NCBI RefSeq assembly: GCF_006345805.1
Contig: NC_042997.1
Span: 200,012,001 to 200,076,000 of the forward strand
Direction of reading: 5' to 3'
Source: Octopus sinensis
Lineage: Eukaryota
DNA: 64,000 nt
Positions 12,301-24,140 of the stretch are shown piece after piece. The translations under genes were made by a program, and so were the position numbers. The notes under the pieces were generated by a model. It did not search any database. It saw only the letters and a list, made by a program, of their open reading frames with translations, and was not told where the DNA came from. How positions within the stretch are numbered: position 1 is the stretch's first letter; every line of letters begins with the position of its first letter.

Positions 12301-13802
12301 AATAGTCTTAAGTTCGACCTGTGTACACTACACTATCATATTTTGCACTGTATGATCACTACCTTATATAGTAGGGGTGAGGTTGGCATAAGGACTTTAG
12401 AAGTGTTCATGGGAGGCAACCAAGGATGATGAAATAGAGACTTCCGGTACAGTGGGAAGGGTGGAAGGGAGGGTGGGTGAACCGCGAACTAGCAAACATG
12501 CGCGAGGAATTGTAAGAAAGATATAGAGTCAGTCAGACAGACAGGGTGAATGCCGATAGATAGAAAGATAGATAGATGGATGGGCACATAGTGAGCCAGT
12601 GGAAGAGGGGGAGGGTCACGTTACACGGGAGGAATGGTTCCAGGGATTTGGAGAAAGACAAAATTAGAGATGTGTGATTGTTATCTCAGCTATCCACAAG
12701 AAAGACGAAAATATAGAACTGAAATGAAATGCGTGATCTAAAGTTATAGTTGTCTTAGACATCAACAGTAAGACGAAACAATAGAACTTTATTCACATAG
12801 TGGCATGCTGCAGAAATAGACAAAATAAGACAGAAAAGAGGGAAAATAATAATAAGGGTTTACGATGAATACTGACAGAAAATACAATGAGATGTAGATA
12901 ATAAGTTGAAAGTCAAAATCTCTTGTAGGAACATTATTACCATGAATATCCTTGTGCGATAAACACCCTTTTTTTGCAGGTATATGATAACACCACAATG
13001 CCAAATTTTGTCCATTTTCAAGAGAATTCACTACCAGTTATTTTTGAAGTCTTCTTTAAACAGTCAAATGTCAGTTTACTTGGAAATGAACCATGCAGTC
13101 ATTAATAAGAACAGCTAAAATCAATTCATACAAGATTTCAGAGCTCTAGCATCACTCCTTCAACCTATGGACTTTCAGCCCATCCTCATACTATGTATGC
13201 AATTTAGGCTATCACTGCTATCTATCTTGACATATTTCTCCTTTCCATCCTCTCTTATACCCTTTTCTGACAAGTTGTAATGCACCTGAGGCTGTTGACA
13301 ATATATATAGCAGATTTTTCTTGAATATAATTTCATTTAAACCAGAGTTTCATATATCATTCTTTTTTAACTTTGGTATTTTTCTCCAATTTATACTTAA
13401 AATACACCTGTTTACTTCTTCCACCATTTGAATCAGTTTAATTTTCTATTGCTGTAGTTATCTTAATATGGAGTTGCATCTAATAAATCAATTTTGAAAG
13501 AAATCAGTGATTTTCCCACTTAGTTAAACCCAAGTACTAACATTTTTATTTATTTTTGGTACTATTTTCATAACTCTAGCAAAGCCAAAGAATATTTCCC
13601 TAATCCTTTTTCCAACAATTTTCTAATTCCTTAGACAGAGATGTTTGACTATCCAATAGCACTTATTTCAAATTTATTTTAATGTTTCTGGTTCACTTAT
13701 ATGTTTAATTACTTTCTGACTACTGTTTCCTTTGCTATTTCTTTTGAAATATTAGATTTTAAACACATTACTACCGTCTTACATTAATGTTTAACGGAAT
13801 CC

Positions 13803-13913
13803 CTATTCCCATATTGTGTTCCAGCCATGATCTTTTATTAATGTTCCATCAATCTTATTCTGTTGCTTAATGCTGTTCATTTTGAGATTTTCTTTAAATT
13901 CTTTACTTGTAAC
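13803..13913 (-). CDS. Candidate terminal coding exon of an unidentified host gene (VTSKEFKENLKMNSIKQQNKIDGTLIKDHGWNTIWE*)
   Basis: Acceptor ttcattctgatttttgaag followed by an open phase-0 frame of 36 codons and a stop; not an obvious repeat; no recognised homology. Confidence 0.3.
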   Translation of the reverse strand, partial: VTSKEFKENLKMNSIKQQNKIDGTLIKDHGWNTIWE

Positions 13914-15238
13914 CTTCAAAAATCAGAATGAATAAAAACAAAAATCAAACTTTGACATATTAACATTTGATGCAATTCTTCAAGCCTTCAGGCTCCCAAG
14001 TTTGAAACTAGTCATTCCTTTAGAATATTTTCAGTTTTTTCATAGACTATTTATACATTACCATATAGAGGGAAAAAAACTTCATAGCCATGAGATAACA
14101 AGGCAGTATATAAAAATAAATTTCGAATCTCACATAATACTAGTGAGAACATTTAAATGAAGGAATTTCTTTAAGGTGTAATAATGCTGTAAACAAAATA
14201 TCAATTGACCACAAGACAGCTAGTAATTTATTGTTAAAACCATTCATTCCCAATTGAGTCTTAACCTGTGATTACATGAACAAATTCATACAATAAAATA
14301 TAACCAAGTGGAATTGGGCAGTTAATGATTACATATAATCACTTATGTTTTGGAAACTAAAAGAAAGTGATGCATAAGATTTGGGATATTGCAAATTTGT
14401 CCGTTAATAACAAATAAAAGGTTTGAGCTTTGTTACTGTCTAAATTGTCAGAAGTTGCACACATAAATAAAAGAATTTGTCAGACAATAAGTGGCCATTT
14501 ATGCCATAAGCAAGAGAGTGACAAATTTGATGAATAAAGTGAGCAAATTTCAATAAGTTTGTGTATTGTGAAAACATGATGCAAATATTTTTGATTTGAA
14601 AATATGTTACGAAGAGAGAGAGTTTTGCAAACGAATGAGAAGAAATAATCTAGAAATGGATGAGATTTTGCAAGTTTAAGAAAGAGAGATTTGCAAGTTA
14701 AGAGAGGGAAAAATATGAGGGAGAGAGAATAACAAATCATTGAAAGGAAGGGAGAAAGAATCATAAGTAGACAAGAGAAACAAACAGATGACAGATTCAC
14801 ACATCTACAAGAACGAGTCAAGAGTTACACCGAGAACAATCAAGGATTGACTGACTGAAAAAGAAAAGCATTTTATAAATTTAATGAAGTCTTTAGTATC
14901 ATTCAAAAAGGATAAAAATAACTTCAGTTGAATTAGATGCTTCATAATCAATGTCTTTATGGCTTAAAAACACTTTTTATACAAAATGAAATGAGTGACA
15001 AGATGATCTTAAAGTTAGATAGAGTGTAAAATTCTTTTGGGATGTTAGTTTGTATGAAGCATAAGTGGTTCATTATTTCATGTTATATTTCAATTTACCA
15101 TCAGTATGTAATGTATAAATTTTCTTCTGCTTTTTCACTAAATATTCACAATACAATGTTTTAAAATTGATAATGAAACAAAAATTTGCTGTTCAATTCA
15201 CGTATACATGCCCTGTAGGTGGGTATAGTGTTCAATAC

Positions 15239-15286
15239 CTTCTCAGAAATGATTTCCAATTCATTATAAAATTGATGATTGAAGTT
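15239..15286 (-). CDS. Candidate internal 48-nt exon (NFNHQFYNELEIISEK), in phase with 13803-13913
   Basis: Acceptor tacattgatattcag, donor AAG|gtattg, phase 0/0, open frame. Confidence 0.28.
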
Positions 15287-15892
15287 CTGAATATCAATGT
15301 ATAAATACCATTGTAACTTTCAAATATTGTATAATAAAAATGGATCTCAGAATTTTGACCCTATGTCTCCAGCTGTTCAATCACTGTAAGTGGCTGAGTA
15401 TCTCACAGACACACACTATATACTTCTCAGTGTGACAAGGGTGAATCTTTAACTTACAATTCATCTGCAAGGCTTCTACACACTTTCTATTTACCCAGTT
15501 TTACTCACAAGAAAGGAATCAATTTAAATGTTATAGAAAATAATACCCAAAATGCCATGCAGCAGAATCAAAACTGATGCCTTATGATTATGAAGCAAAC
15601 TTCTAAACCATTTGGCCACACTGTGCAGAAATACATGATGTATAGATATATACATACACGTGTTTTGTATCTGGTAGTCTGCTGACATCACTTAGAGCTT
15701 GGTTTAATGTGATTTTCTACACAAGTCTATAGAAAAAAAACTCTTCTTAAAATTCTAAAGCATGCCTTTTACATTCTTGTGTACAAGAAATTGTTAAAAA
15801 CAGACATGTGCTAATACTATTTGTGTAAGTTAATATTTTCTTGTCAAAAACATCTTTCATACAGTTTAATATGTAATGGAGTTTTTAAAGTG

Positions 15893-16100
15893 GCAACCTG
15901 GCAGAATCATTAAACACACTGGGCACAATGCCTACTGGTATTTCATTTGTCTTTACATTCTGGGATCAAATGCTGCCAGGGTCGACTTTACCTTTCGTCT
16001 GCTTCAGGTCAATAAATACCAGTAGATCACTGGGGTTGATGTAATTGACTTAATCCTCCACCAAAATTGCAGGGCTTGTGCCAAAGTTTGGAACCAATAT
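15893..16100 (+). mobile_element. SINE family D, old CpG-decayed copy
   Basis: tggcagaatcatta...gggtcgactttacctttc...aataaataccagt..actggggttgatgtaattgactt. Confidence 0.7.
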
Positions 16101-16197
16101 ATAAGGGGGGTTTCTTAATTGACTTTACTTATGCTAATTGTCTACCTTGAGCCTTCGTACATGGTACATGCTTGGTTCAGTTTGATGACAAATGTTA

Positions 16198-16535
16198 TAG
16201 GTGCAGGCTTGGCTGTGTGGTTAAAAAACTCACTTCGTAACCACATGGTTTCAGGTTCAGTTACACATTGGGCAAGTGTTTATTATAGTTCTGGGCCAAA
16301 CAATGACTTGTGAGTGAATTTGATAGAAACTATGTGGAATCCCATTGTGTGTGTGTGTGTGTATGTGCGCACGTGTGTTTGTCGCTACATCATTCAACAA
16401 CCAGTGCTGGTTTGTTTACATCCTTGTTAAAGTACCAGATTTTACAAAAAAATAAAATACATACAAGAATTATTTGTTCAACTAAACCTTTCAAGATTAT
16501 GCCCCAGTATAGCTACAGTCCAATGAACTGACACA
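16198..16535 (+). mobile_element. tRNA-derived SINE family B (ttgggcaag box, internal (TG)n)
   Basis: gcaggcttggctgtgtggttaa..aaccacatggtttcaggttcagt..ttgggcaagtgt; (TG)n; tail ccccagtatagctacagtccaatgaactga. Confidence 0.75.
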
Positions 16536-16744
16536 AGTAAGATATATAAAACATTATGCAATTTGTGAAGCATGTTTTATTCCAGTTTTATCTAAATGAA
16601 AAACTATTTATAGAAGTTACTCTCATAATGGCTAGGTCTAATTCCCTATCATAAAATTACCATGGTAACTTATTTTCAAAGTTTTCTTTTATTTTCAATG
16701 ATAAAAATTAAAAATCTATATCAGTATGTGTGGATCATGTAGGA

Positions 16745-17045
16745 GGTCTGATCAATAAGCATGTGGATTTGGTAAACGGAAACTGAAAGAAGCCTGTCAT
16801 ATATATACATATACACACATATATGTGTGTGTGTGTGTGTGTTTGTGTGGCTGGGTTTGTTCCCCTATCATCGCTTGACAACCGATGTTGGTGTCTTTAA
16901 GTCCCCATAACTTAGTGGTTCAGCGAAAGAGAATAATAGAACAAGTACTAGGCTTACAAAGAATAAGTCCTGGGGTCAATTCATTTGACTAAAGGTGGTA
17001 CTCCAGCATGGCCACAGTCAAATGACTGAAACCAGTAAAAGAATA
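16745..17045 (+). mobile_element. SINE family B, 5'-truncated
   Basis: ggatttggtaaacggaaactgaaagaagcc..catcgcttgacaaccgatg..ggtactccagcatggccacagtcaaatgactgaaac. Confidence 0.85.
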
Positions 17046-17391
17046 TATATATATATATATATATGCATGAATGAGATGCAACCTACAGGATTCTGTATTT
17101 CAAAAATTTTCTAAATTAGTAATAAGGAAAGCAAAAAAATTAGCAAGGTGTAAATGGACAAGTCATAATCATGTCATGACATTCTTTGAATATAAGATTT
17201 GCTTAGTGGCATCTAAGCCTTCACAATAGGATTATTTACATTATTTACATTCAAGGGATATTTGTTCTCATCTTGTTTGTTGTTAGCGCTACGTTTCAGC
17301 TAATATACCCTCAGACTTCTTCAGGTGTCTTGGGGAAATTTTGAACCTAGGTTCTCATTCCTAAGGTATTTTTCAATATTATTATTATTAT

Positions 17392-17460
17392 GATGGCATA
17401 GTGGTTAAGAGTGCAGGCTACTAACCCCAAGATTCCGAGTTCGATTCCATGCAGTGACCT
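17392..17460 (+). promoter_or_regulatory. tRNA-derived Pol III internal promoter (A and B boxes)
   Basis: A box tggcatagtggttaag; B box gagttcgattcc (17437-17448); anticodon-arm-like ggctactaacc. Confidence 0.75.
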
Positions 17461-17530
17461 GAACAATAACAATAATAACATCAAAAAAAATCCTTAGGAA
17501 TAAGAGAACCCAGGTTCAAAATTTCCCCAA

Positions 17531-17576
17531 GACACCTGAAGGAGGCTGGAGGGTATATCAGCCGAAACATTGTGTT
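17531..17576 (+). ncRNA. Minimal type-I hammerhead ribozyme-like motif (Penelope type), degenerate; second copy on the minus strand at 17285-17329
   Basis: gacac-CTGAAG(G)-a-ggctg..cagcc-GAAA-c(a)tt-gtgtt: helix I gacac/gtgtt, helix II ggctg/cagcc. The minus copy keeps CTGAAGA, GAAA and cgta but has a damaged helix II. Confidence 0.6.
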
Positions 17577-17744
17577 AACAACAAACAAGATGAGGACAGA
17601 TATCCGTCTAATGTAAATAATGTACATAATTTCTCATCTCTTAAATATAGAACTGTATTCACAATAGGATATTTGGTGATTATGCAGTGGGTCACATAGC
17701 AGATCTTAGACGAAAGTTGAATTTGGTATTATTAACTTGAGATT

Positions 17745-17950
17745 GAAATTTGGTAGACAGAAACTGCACAGAAGCTCATTGGGTGGATCTAGTTGGTGGG
17801 TTTACATAACTGTAACTTAACAGTTCAGCAAAAGAGACCGACAGTACCAGGCTTTTAAAAAAATCAAGTACGGGGAGTTGATTTGTCAGACTAAAATTAA
17901 AGGCAGTGCCCAAGCATGGCCACTGTCTAATGACTGAAACAAGTAAAAGA
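17745..17950 (+). mobile_element. SINE family B, partial
   Basis: aaatttggtagacagaaactg..cagttcagcaaaagagaccga..aaggcagtgcccaagcatggccactgtctaatgactgaaac. Confidence 0.75.
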
Positions 17951-18544
17951 TATGTCTGTGGATATCTCTGTCAGATGGTGGAGATCCACCTAAATGTATG
18001 TGCATATATATATTAACACACAAACACACATGTGTGCATGCGCACGTGTACAAATTTACAAGTATATATCTGAATCACAGATCAAACTGAACAGGACTCC
18101 AGGGGATATTCACTATATTACATATAGATGGAGAGTTGACATTTTATTAACCAAGTCAATCCTTACAACAGTACAATACATTCTTCTATTTCTTTAAATA
18201 CCAAACTCACTACAACTTGAATATATTTGTATGTGAACAACAAACAGTGATAGGTTAAGAGCTGGTTACCATTTATTTGAAGGATTCTTCTTAGCAGTGA
18301 GAATAAGTAGTAATGAAATGGATGAAGATTGAAGTAAAGAGTCAGGGAAGATAGTAGTAGGTTTAAACTTTAGTAGTTGACTGAATTTGGTAACTTGAAG
18401 GAACCTTGCAAAATGAACAGTTACAAGTTAGACTGTTGATTTAGGATTAATTTTAGATGTATGTGGAATCAGTTATGCATATTTAGCTCTAACGATCACA
18501 AAGATAAAAGCAAGTAAGAATCAATAATAATAATAACAACAACA

Positions 18545-18882
18545 ATAACAAGAGTAATCAGAGAGCGCAAGCCTCCACCAAAGCAACACCAACGTCCTCT
18601 CAACGATTAGCCTTTGATGATTTTTAAAATGAGAATAACTGAAATAAATTTGACTGCTCTCAGAAATGAGAATACTAAAAATAACCCGACCGCTCTCATT
18701 AATTAAGTAAAAAAACAGGTAAAATAATCCAGAATCCTTGTCCGGTACCGGGTCGATCCCAAAATCCAACCAATTTATGCCAGTCACAAGGCCAAACTTC
18801 CCTGAAAGCTTCATCCAAATCCATCTAGCAGTTCTTGAGACATCTTGTCCATGGACAAACAAACACAACTGCAATTCCATCA
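18545..18882. mobile_element. Helentron/HINE-like non-autonomous element, homologue of 577-912
   Basis: Inverted match to 577-912; inserted next to an (AAT/AAC)n run. Confidence 0.6.
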
Positions 18883-18899
18883 AAAGTTTATCATCTTCA

Positions 18900-20090
18900 A
18901 AGCCATAGAACTTGCAGAGAGTAACTTAAACTTTACAATTTACTACCAAATCTCCACCTATTTTCCTGTTTAGTGGCACAAATAGACTCTGGGATCACTT
19001 CAAGATTTTTCCTATATTTTCCTTTAAATTCCCTGATTTCTTGAACAAGGGTACCAAGAAATGTTTAATATACTTTCACAAGTCAGACTTCCTCCAAGCT
19101 ACAAGAAAGCCCGTCTATTGATACTGACACAGAACTATATCGTAAATCCAGCTGGACTTTTTATTTTCTTGTTTTTGGTAATTTGTTCTGACCAGGAAAT
19201 TCCACTTGAATCTGAACATTTTTCTGCTGGTGTCTGTTGAATTACACTGATATATAACCGACTTCTTTCTCAGCCTTCAGTTAATTAAGTCACTTCAGCA
19301 TCATCTCATTAAGCCTCTCGTAAATCAGAGCTTGCATGTTGAAAGACATTTAATACAGTAGTTATCTTCATGGAAATTGGTTTGCAATTTCAAAGCAAAG
19401 AAGATACACAAACAGTATCACTGCATCTCCAATGGATCTGGCGGGTTACCTTCACATAACTGGATCTGAAATTGTACCAGAGCCATAAAAACATTCCACA
19501 TTCTCAAAGCGGCTTCTTCACTAGCTCAGCTTATATCGAAGAGTATTTTTGTTTTCTTGAACAAGAGGCTCAAAGATGCAAAATTTAGTTTCTAGGACAA
19601 TGAAATGAAACAACTTTTCTACTATGTTAAAAACTGAATGAAAAAGGTGGCTCAATTTTCACTTTCTGTATATGCTGAAAGAAGTCAGTGTGCAGGGCAG
19701 TGAACCTTTTTCACAGTGGAGAAAAATCTGAAATCGCCTTGAGTGATCCACTCCCATTAGCAGCTCCTTCATACCCTCAACATGTTTTCTACGCAAAACT
19801 GTTTCTTCCCCACAAAAACATATGGCTTTCTCTTTTGTTTGGCATTTGTAGATTACATCACTCTGATTTCATCAAATACAGAGCATATGAGAAAAAGGCA
19901 ACTGTTCAGTGGGGGAAAGATGGCAGTTCATCCATAACAAATGTAAATATTGTTGCTCGAGTTCAGTTGACATTGATTTTCTTAACTATGTAACCAGAGA
20001 CTTGATTATATCATTCTCAATACAGTTTGAGAGCATCAGCTCTTGTTTTTCACTCAAAACGAGGCACAATGCACATCATTTACATGGTTC
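18900..20090 (-). pseudogene. Decayed hAT-superfamily (DUF4371/ZMYM1-like) transposase
   Basis: Minus frames in the expected order: SNCIENDIIKSLVT..ELEQQ, FTFVMDE (FSI.ADE), GYEGAANGSG (GYDGA.NMSG); many stops and frameshifts. Confidence 0.45.
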
Positions 20091-20113
20091 TTGATGATAC
20101 TGTCGTACTTGGT

Positions 20114-20368
20114 GAACGGCCCCCGTGCCGGTGGCACGTAGCACCATCCGTCCGTGGCCGTTTGCCAGCTCCGTCTGGCACCTGTGTGGGTGGCACATAA
20201 AAAGCACCCACTACACTCACGGAGTGGTTGGCGTTAGGAAGGGCATCCAGCCGTAGAAACACTGCCAGATCAGACTGGGCCTGATGCAGCCTTCTGGCTT
20301 CACAGACCCCAGTTGAACCGTCCAACCCATGCTAGCATGGAAAGCGGATGCTAAATGATGATGATGAT
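20114..20368 (+). mobile_element. Family A RTE tail, conserved
   Basis: gtgccggtggcacg..ggagtggttggcgttaggaagggcatccagccgtagaaac..ggaaagcggatgctaaatgatgatgat. Confidence 0.9.
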
Positions 20369-20934
20369 TTAAACTTAGTATTCCTCTAATGGAAAGGTAA
20401 AATATAAAATATGACTATGAGCATAGACTTCTGGTAAACTAACATACATATTAGTTATAAACACAATCATATTTTAGTCATTTTTTCCTGCAATTTCTAA
20501 ATCTTAATTAGTAATATACTTTTAACATTACATCTTTTTTTTTGTGTGCTGTTTTCAGATGCAATTCTCAACAGATTAAATACATTTTCCTTACATTTGC
20601 ATCTCTTTTGGTTGTGGTGATACCAATTTCATTATAAAAATAAATCTATTCAGACAGGTCACATTAACAAAAGACTCAGAAGTCAAATTTTTACTTGTAG
20701 CTAAATCTTGCCTGATAAGGATTTTTAGAAAGGATATGAAGGATCTATTGTAGCTGACATAACTATATAGAAAAATGGCATTATTTCTTAATATACATAT
20801 GGTGAATTCTTTTCAAAAATCAATTTCATATAAAAAATGTAATGGTTTTGATAGGTTGTTGAATGTATTTATCAATTTAAAAACATTAATTTTAACATCT
20901 GCACCTTGGTGAATGCACCAAACCTGATTTAAAT

Positions 20935-21086
20935 ATTCTTTTCTACTCTAGGCACAAAGGCCGAAATATTTGGAGAGGTGGGGGCCAGTTGATTAGATTG
21001 ACACCGGTATGCAACTGGTACTTAATTTATCGTCTCCAAAAGGATGAAAGGCAAAGTTGACCTTGGTGGAATTTGAACTCAGAACT
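20935..21086 (-). mobile_element. SINE family D, partial
   Basis: gcaactggtacttaatttatcg..aggatgaaaggcaaagttgacct.ggtggaatttgaactcagaac. Confidence 0.8.
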
Positions 21087-22154
21087 ATATTTTTTAAGAA
21101 TTTTACTAAAAGGATGTTCAGGTGATGCAAAAAGGGCAGGGTGCGAACCTGAGACAACTATTGGTAATTATACACATATACAATTTCAAGGAAACAATGA
21201 ATTGGTGTTTTCAGTTTAGCTTTACTATTGCTTCAGTCAATTTATTCTTAGTGTCTTGTCTTTGCAAATTCATATCATTGAGGTTCAGAAATTTCATTTA
21301 TGCTTCAGAAAGTCATTTAACTTTACAATGTAAGCAATTATACTGTGTGAACATCAGATTCAGTATTGTCCAGCTGTGTCTGAGGTAGACTAATCATGAA
21401 TGAAAATGTATTGAAGCATTTATGAAAAGAGATAAATTAATGATAAACGCATAGATAGTCACAAAACCATTTGTGAGGAAAGTACAGTCAATGAAATAAA
21501 CTTGCATTTAACTGATGGCAATTTCATCATACCAGAAACTTAAGAAAAATTAAATTGCTTCATATCACAAATATTACAGAAATATAGTTCTATATATTTT
21601 TTCTTTTCATATTCACATTTGGTTTTTTATAAGGAATTGTAAATTAAGATTCTATTGGATTAAACTTTTGGAGACTTAGGCAGAATTAATCTTTCTCAGA
21701 TCATTACCTTGATCTCAAATTTATCAAAATATCCAATGAAGAAGCCTCTGTGGCCTTTCAATCAGAAAAAAAACCCCACTTGAATCTCTCAACTCACACA
21801 AAAGGAGACAATGTGGCCCTAAATACTTCAGCAAGACAACATGGTAATAGCTGGAAAGCCTGTCCTTAGATCTGCTCAATTTGGGCTGTCCTGGGTCTAA
21901 ACAAGGACCAAAAGACTTCAAAAGTTCTATTCTCTAAATTGCTAGAAATATTCAGATGTGAACTGATTAATAAATTTCTACGTAAAATTGCATGAGATAT
22001 AAAAGTTTGAAATATTCAATACTTCATTTCTTTAAGACTGAAAAACAAAATTGGGCAGTGGTAAAGTTCTGCTTTTTGCTTAATGTTGTCACTTTTAACA
22101 CCTTTTGCTTTAAATCTAGCAACAATGTAAAAAAATATTTTAAAAAAACATTTG

Positions 22155-23795
22155 CAAACAGAAGATAGTTTCTGTTACCTAGGCAACCAAATTAGCAATG
22201 GTGGAGGATGCACTGAAAGTATTGTTTCTAGAATAAAAATAGGGTGGAGGAAGTTCAGGAAGCTATTACCTCTGTTGGCAACAAAAGGACTCTCACTCTC
22301 AGAGCGAAAGGTAGATTGTATGATATTTGTGTGTGAAAGGCTGTACTGCATGATAGTGAGACATGGGCTCTGAATGCAGAGGACATGTGTAGACTGGAGA
22401 GAAATGAAGGTAGTATGCTCCATTGGATGTATAACATCAGTGTGCATGTACAACAAAGTGCAAATGTATTGAGAGAAAAGTAGGGCATGAGTGGAATCAA
22501 ATTTAGCATGCAAGAGAGAAGACTACGTTGGTTTGGAGATATGATGCGTATAAATGAGGACAGCTGTGTAAAGAACTGCTGATTCCTGAAACTGGATGGT
22601 ACCTGCAGAAGATGGAGACCAAGAAAGACATGGAACCAAGTGGTAAGTTCCAATCTCAGGATGTTGGGCTTCACAGCAGAAATGACAGCAATATGAGGTT
22701 CTACAGAAGACCCATCCATATCACAAAAACAGTTCTAGAAGCACTGTCTCCGATCCACACTTAAGAAAGCTCCTCACAGGCCCTACCACAACAAACCAAA
22801 CTACATCTCTTAATTTGACTTACATTTCCACTTCATGCACTATGCTTACCTTCCACTCCCCAATCCTGTCCTCTTGGCCCTGTCTCACTGTATCATTGCT
22901 ATCTGCTAGCCCCCAACCTGTGTTCTACCCACACATAATACTTTTCACACACCCTACCCCAACAAACCAATCTACATATCTTCTCTTCCTCACATTTCCT
23001 CTTTCATGCACTATACCTACCTCTCATTCCCCAATCCTGTCCTCATGGTCGTTTCTCTGTATCATTGCTATCTAGTAGCCCTCCTCCACCCACTCTATAT
23101 GTATTCAGGTTTTCACTACTCACTTCCCCTCCGCACTCCTTATCACACTTCTTTGGCAATATCCTACCACTTATATTATGACCTTCAAACTTCAAGGGTT
23201 TGCCCTGGCACTTGTCACGATCTATCTCTCTCTCTCTGCATTTATTTGACCATTCCATTTATATTCTGATCCCTGTCCCTTGTAAGTATGTCTGGCACTT
23301 TGCCACCATCTCTATCCTGCTGTCTCACAATCTCTCTCACCTTCTCCTGCATTTCCCTCAAGTTAGGTAACCATGTATTTGCTTGGCGATAGGACACCTG
23401 TTTCTTTCTCTGTCTCACTATAATCTCTCATCATCTGACATAAGATCACCTCCTCCAATGTCCCCTCCCCTCTCAAAAGATTTCTTTCTTGAAAGTTACT
23501 TGGTGACCGTCAGTACAGGTGCCACACAAAAAGCATCCCATCCACACAAAAAGCAGCAGGCATTTGGAAGGGCCTCCAGTTGCAAAAACCTTGCCAAAAC
23601 CGACCTCGCCTGTGCCTGTACCACCAAAAAGCATCAAGTCCACCCTGCAGGATGGCTGGTGCCAGGAAAGACACCCAGCTGTAAAAGTCCTGCCAAAACA
23701 GTCACAGAAGTCTGGTGCAGGCTTCTGCCTGACCAGTTCCTATGAAACTGTCCCACCCATGCCAGCATGGAAGGCAGACATTAAATGATGATGAA
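22155..23795 (+). mobile_element. RTE LINE 3' fragment with long pyrimidine-rich 3' UTR and family A-like tail
   Basis: EDSFCYLGNQISNGGGCTESIVSRIKIGWRKFRKLLPLLATKGLSL; ETWAL..RNEGSMLHWM; GRPRKTW; tail cccatgccagcatggaaggcagacattaaatgatgatg. Confidence 0.85.
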
Positions 23796-23959
23796 GATTT
23801 GCACAGTAAAAAATGAAGATTAAGACAAAATCTATGGAATTCTTTTACAAAGAAAATATCAGGTTTAATGTCTCAAAGAATCTGCAATTCCAAAATTTGA
23901 TCAAACTTCTAAATCCACAAATTCTCAATGGCAAGAGGTGGAAATGAGTGTAGCAACAT

Positions 23960-24140
23960 CAAACTCCATTCTTCACCAAGTGCCACATATTAGAGGAGGC
24001 ACCTGTTATTGAAGTGGTTTCAATGCAATTATTGTGGCAGCTGGCACATTCCACATGTAGTACATGTTTTCTTATTTCTCTTTTTGAAAAATAATCTGTA
24101 AGACACTTTCCATTCACAACCAGAAATTTGTTGATTAAAT
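23960..24140 (-). pseudogene. Possible BED zinc-finger remnant (hAT transposase N-terminus)
   Basis: DYFSKREIRKHVLHVECASCHNNCIETTSITGASSNMWHL resembles W.YF..C..C..G.TSNL..HL. Confidence 0.35.

Larger units (their letters stand above)
17233..17657 (+). mobile_element. tRNA-headed short element with Penelope-type tail, inverted 5' tail copy and 13-bp TSD
   Basis: TSD ttcacaataggat at 17220-17232 and 17658-17670; 17233-17391 is the reverse complement of about 17462-17625; tRNA-like segment at 17392-17460. Confidence 0.85.

Noticed and set aside
17392-17460. Functional tRNA gene
   Set aside because: No complete acceptor stem or oligo-T terminator, and it is embedded in a TSD-flanked element, so it is treated as a SINE head
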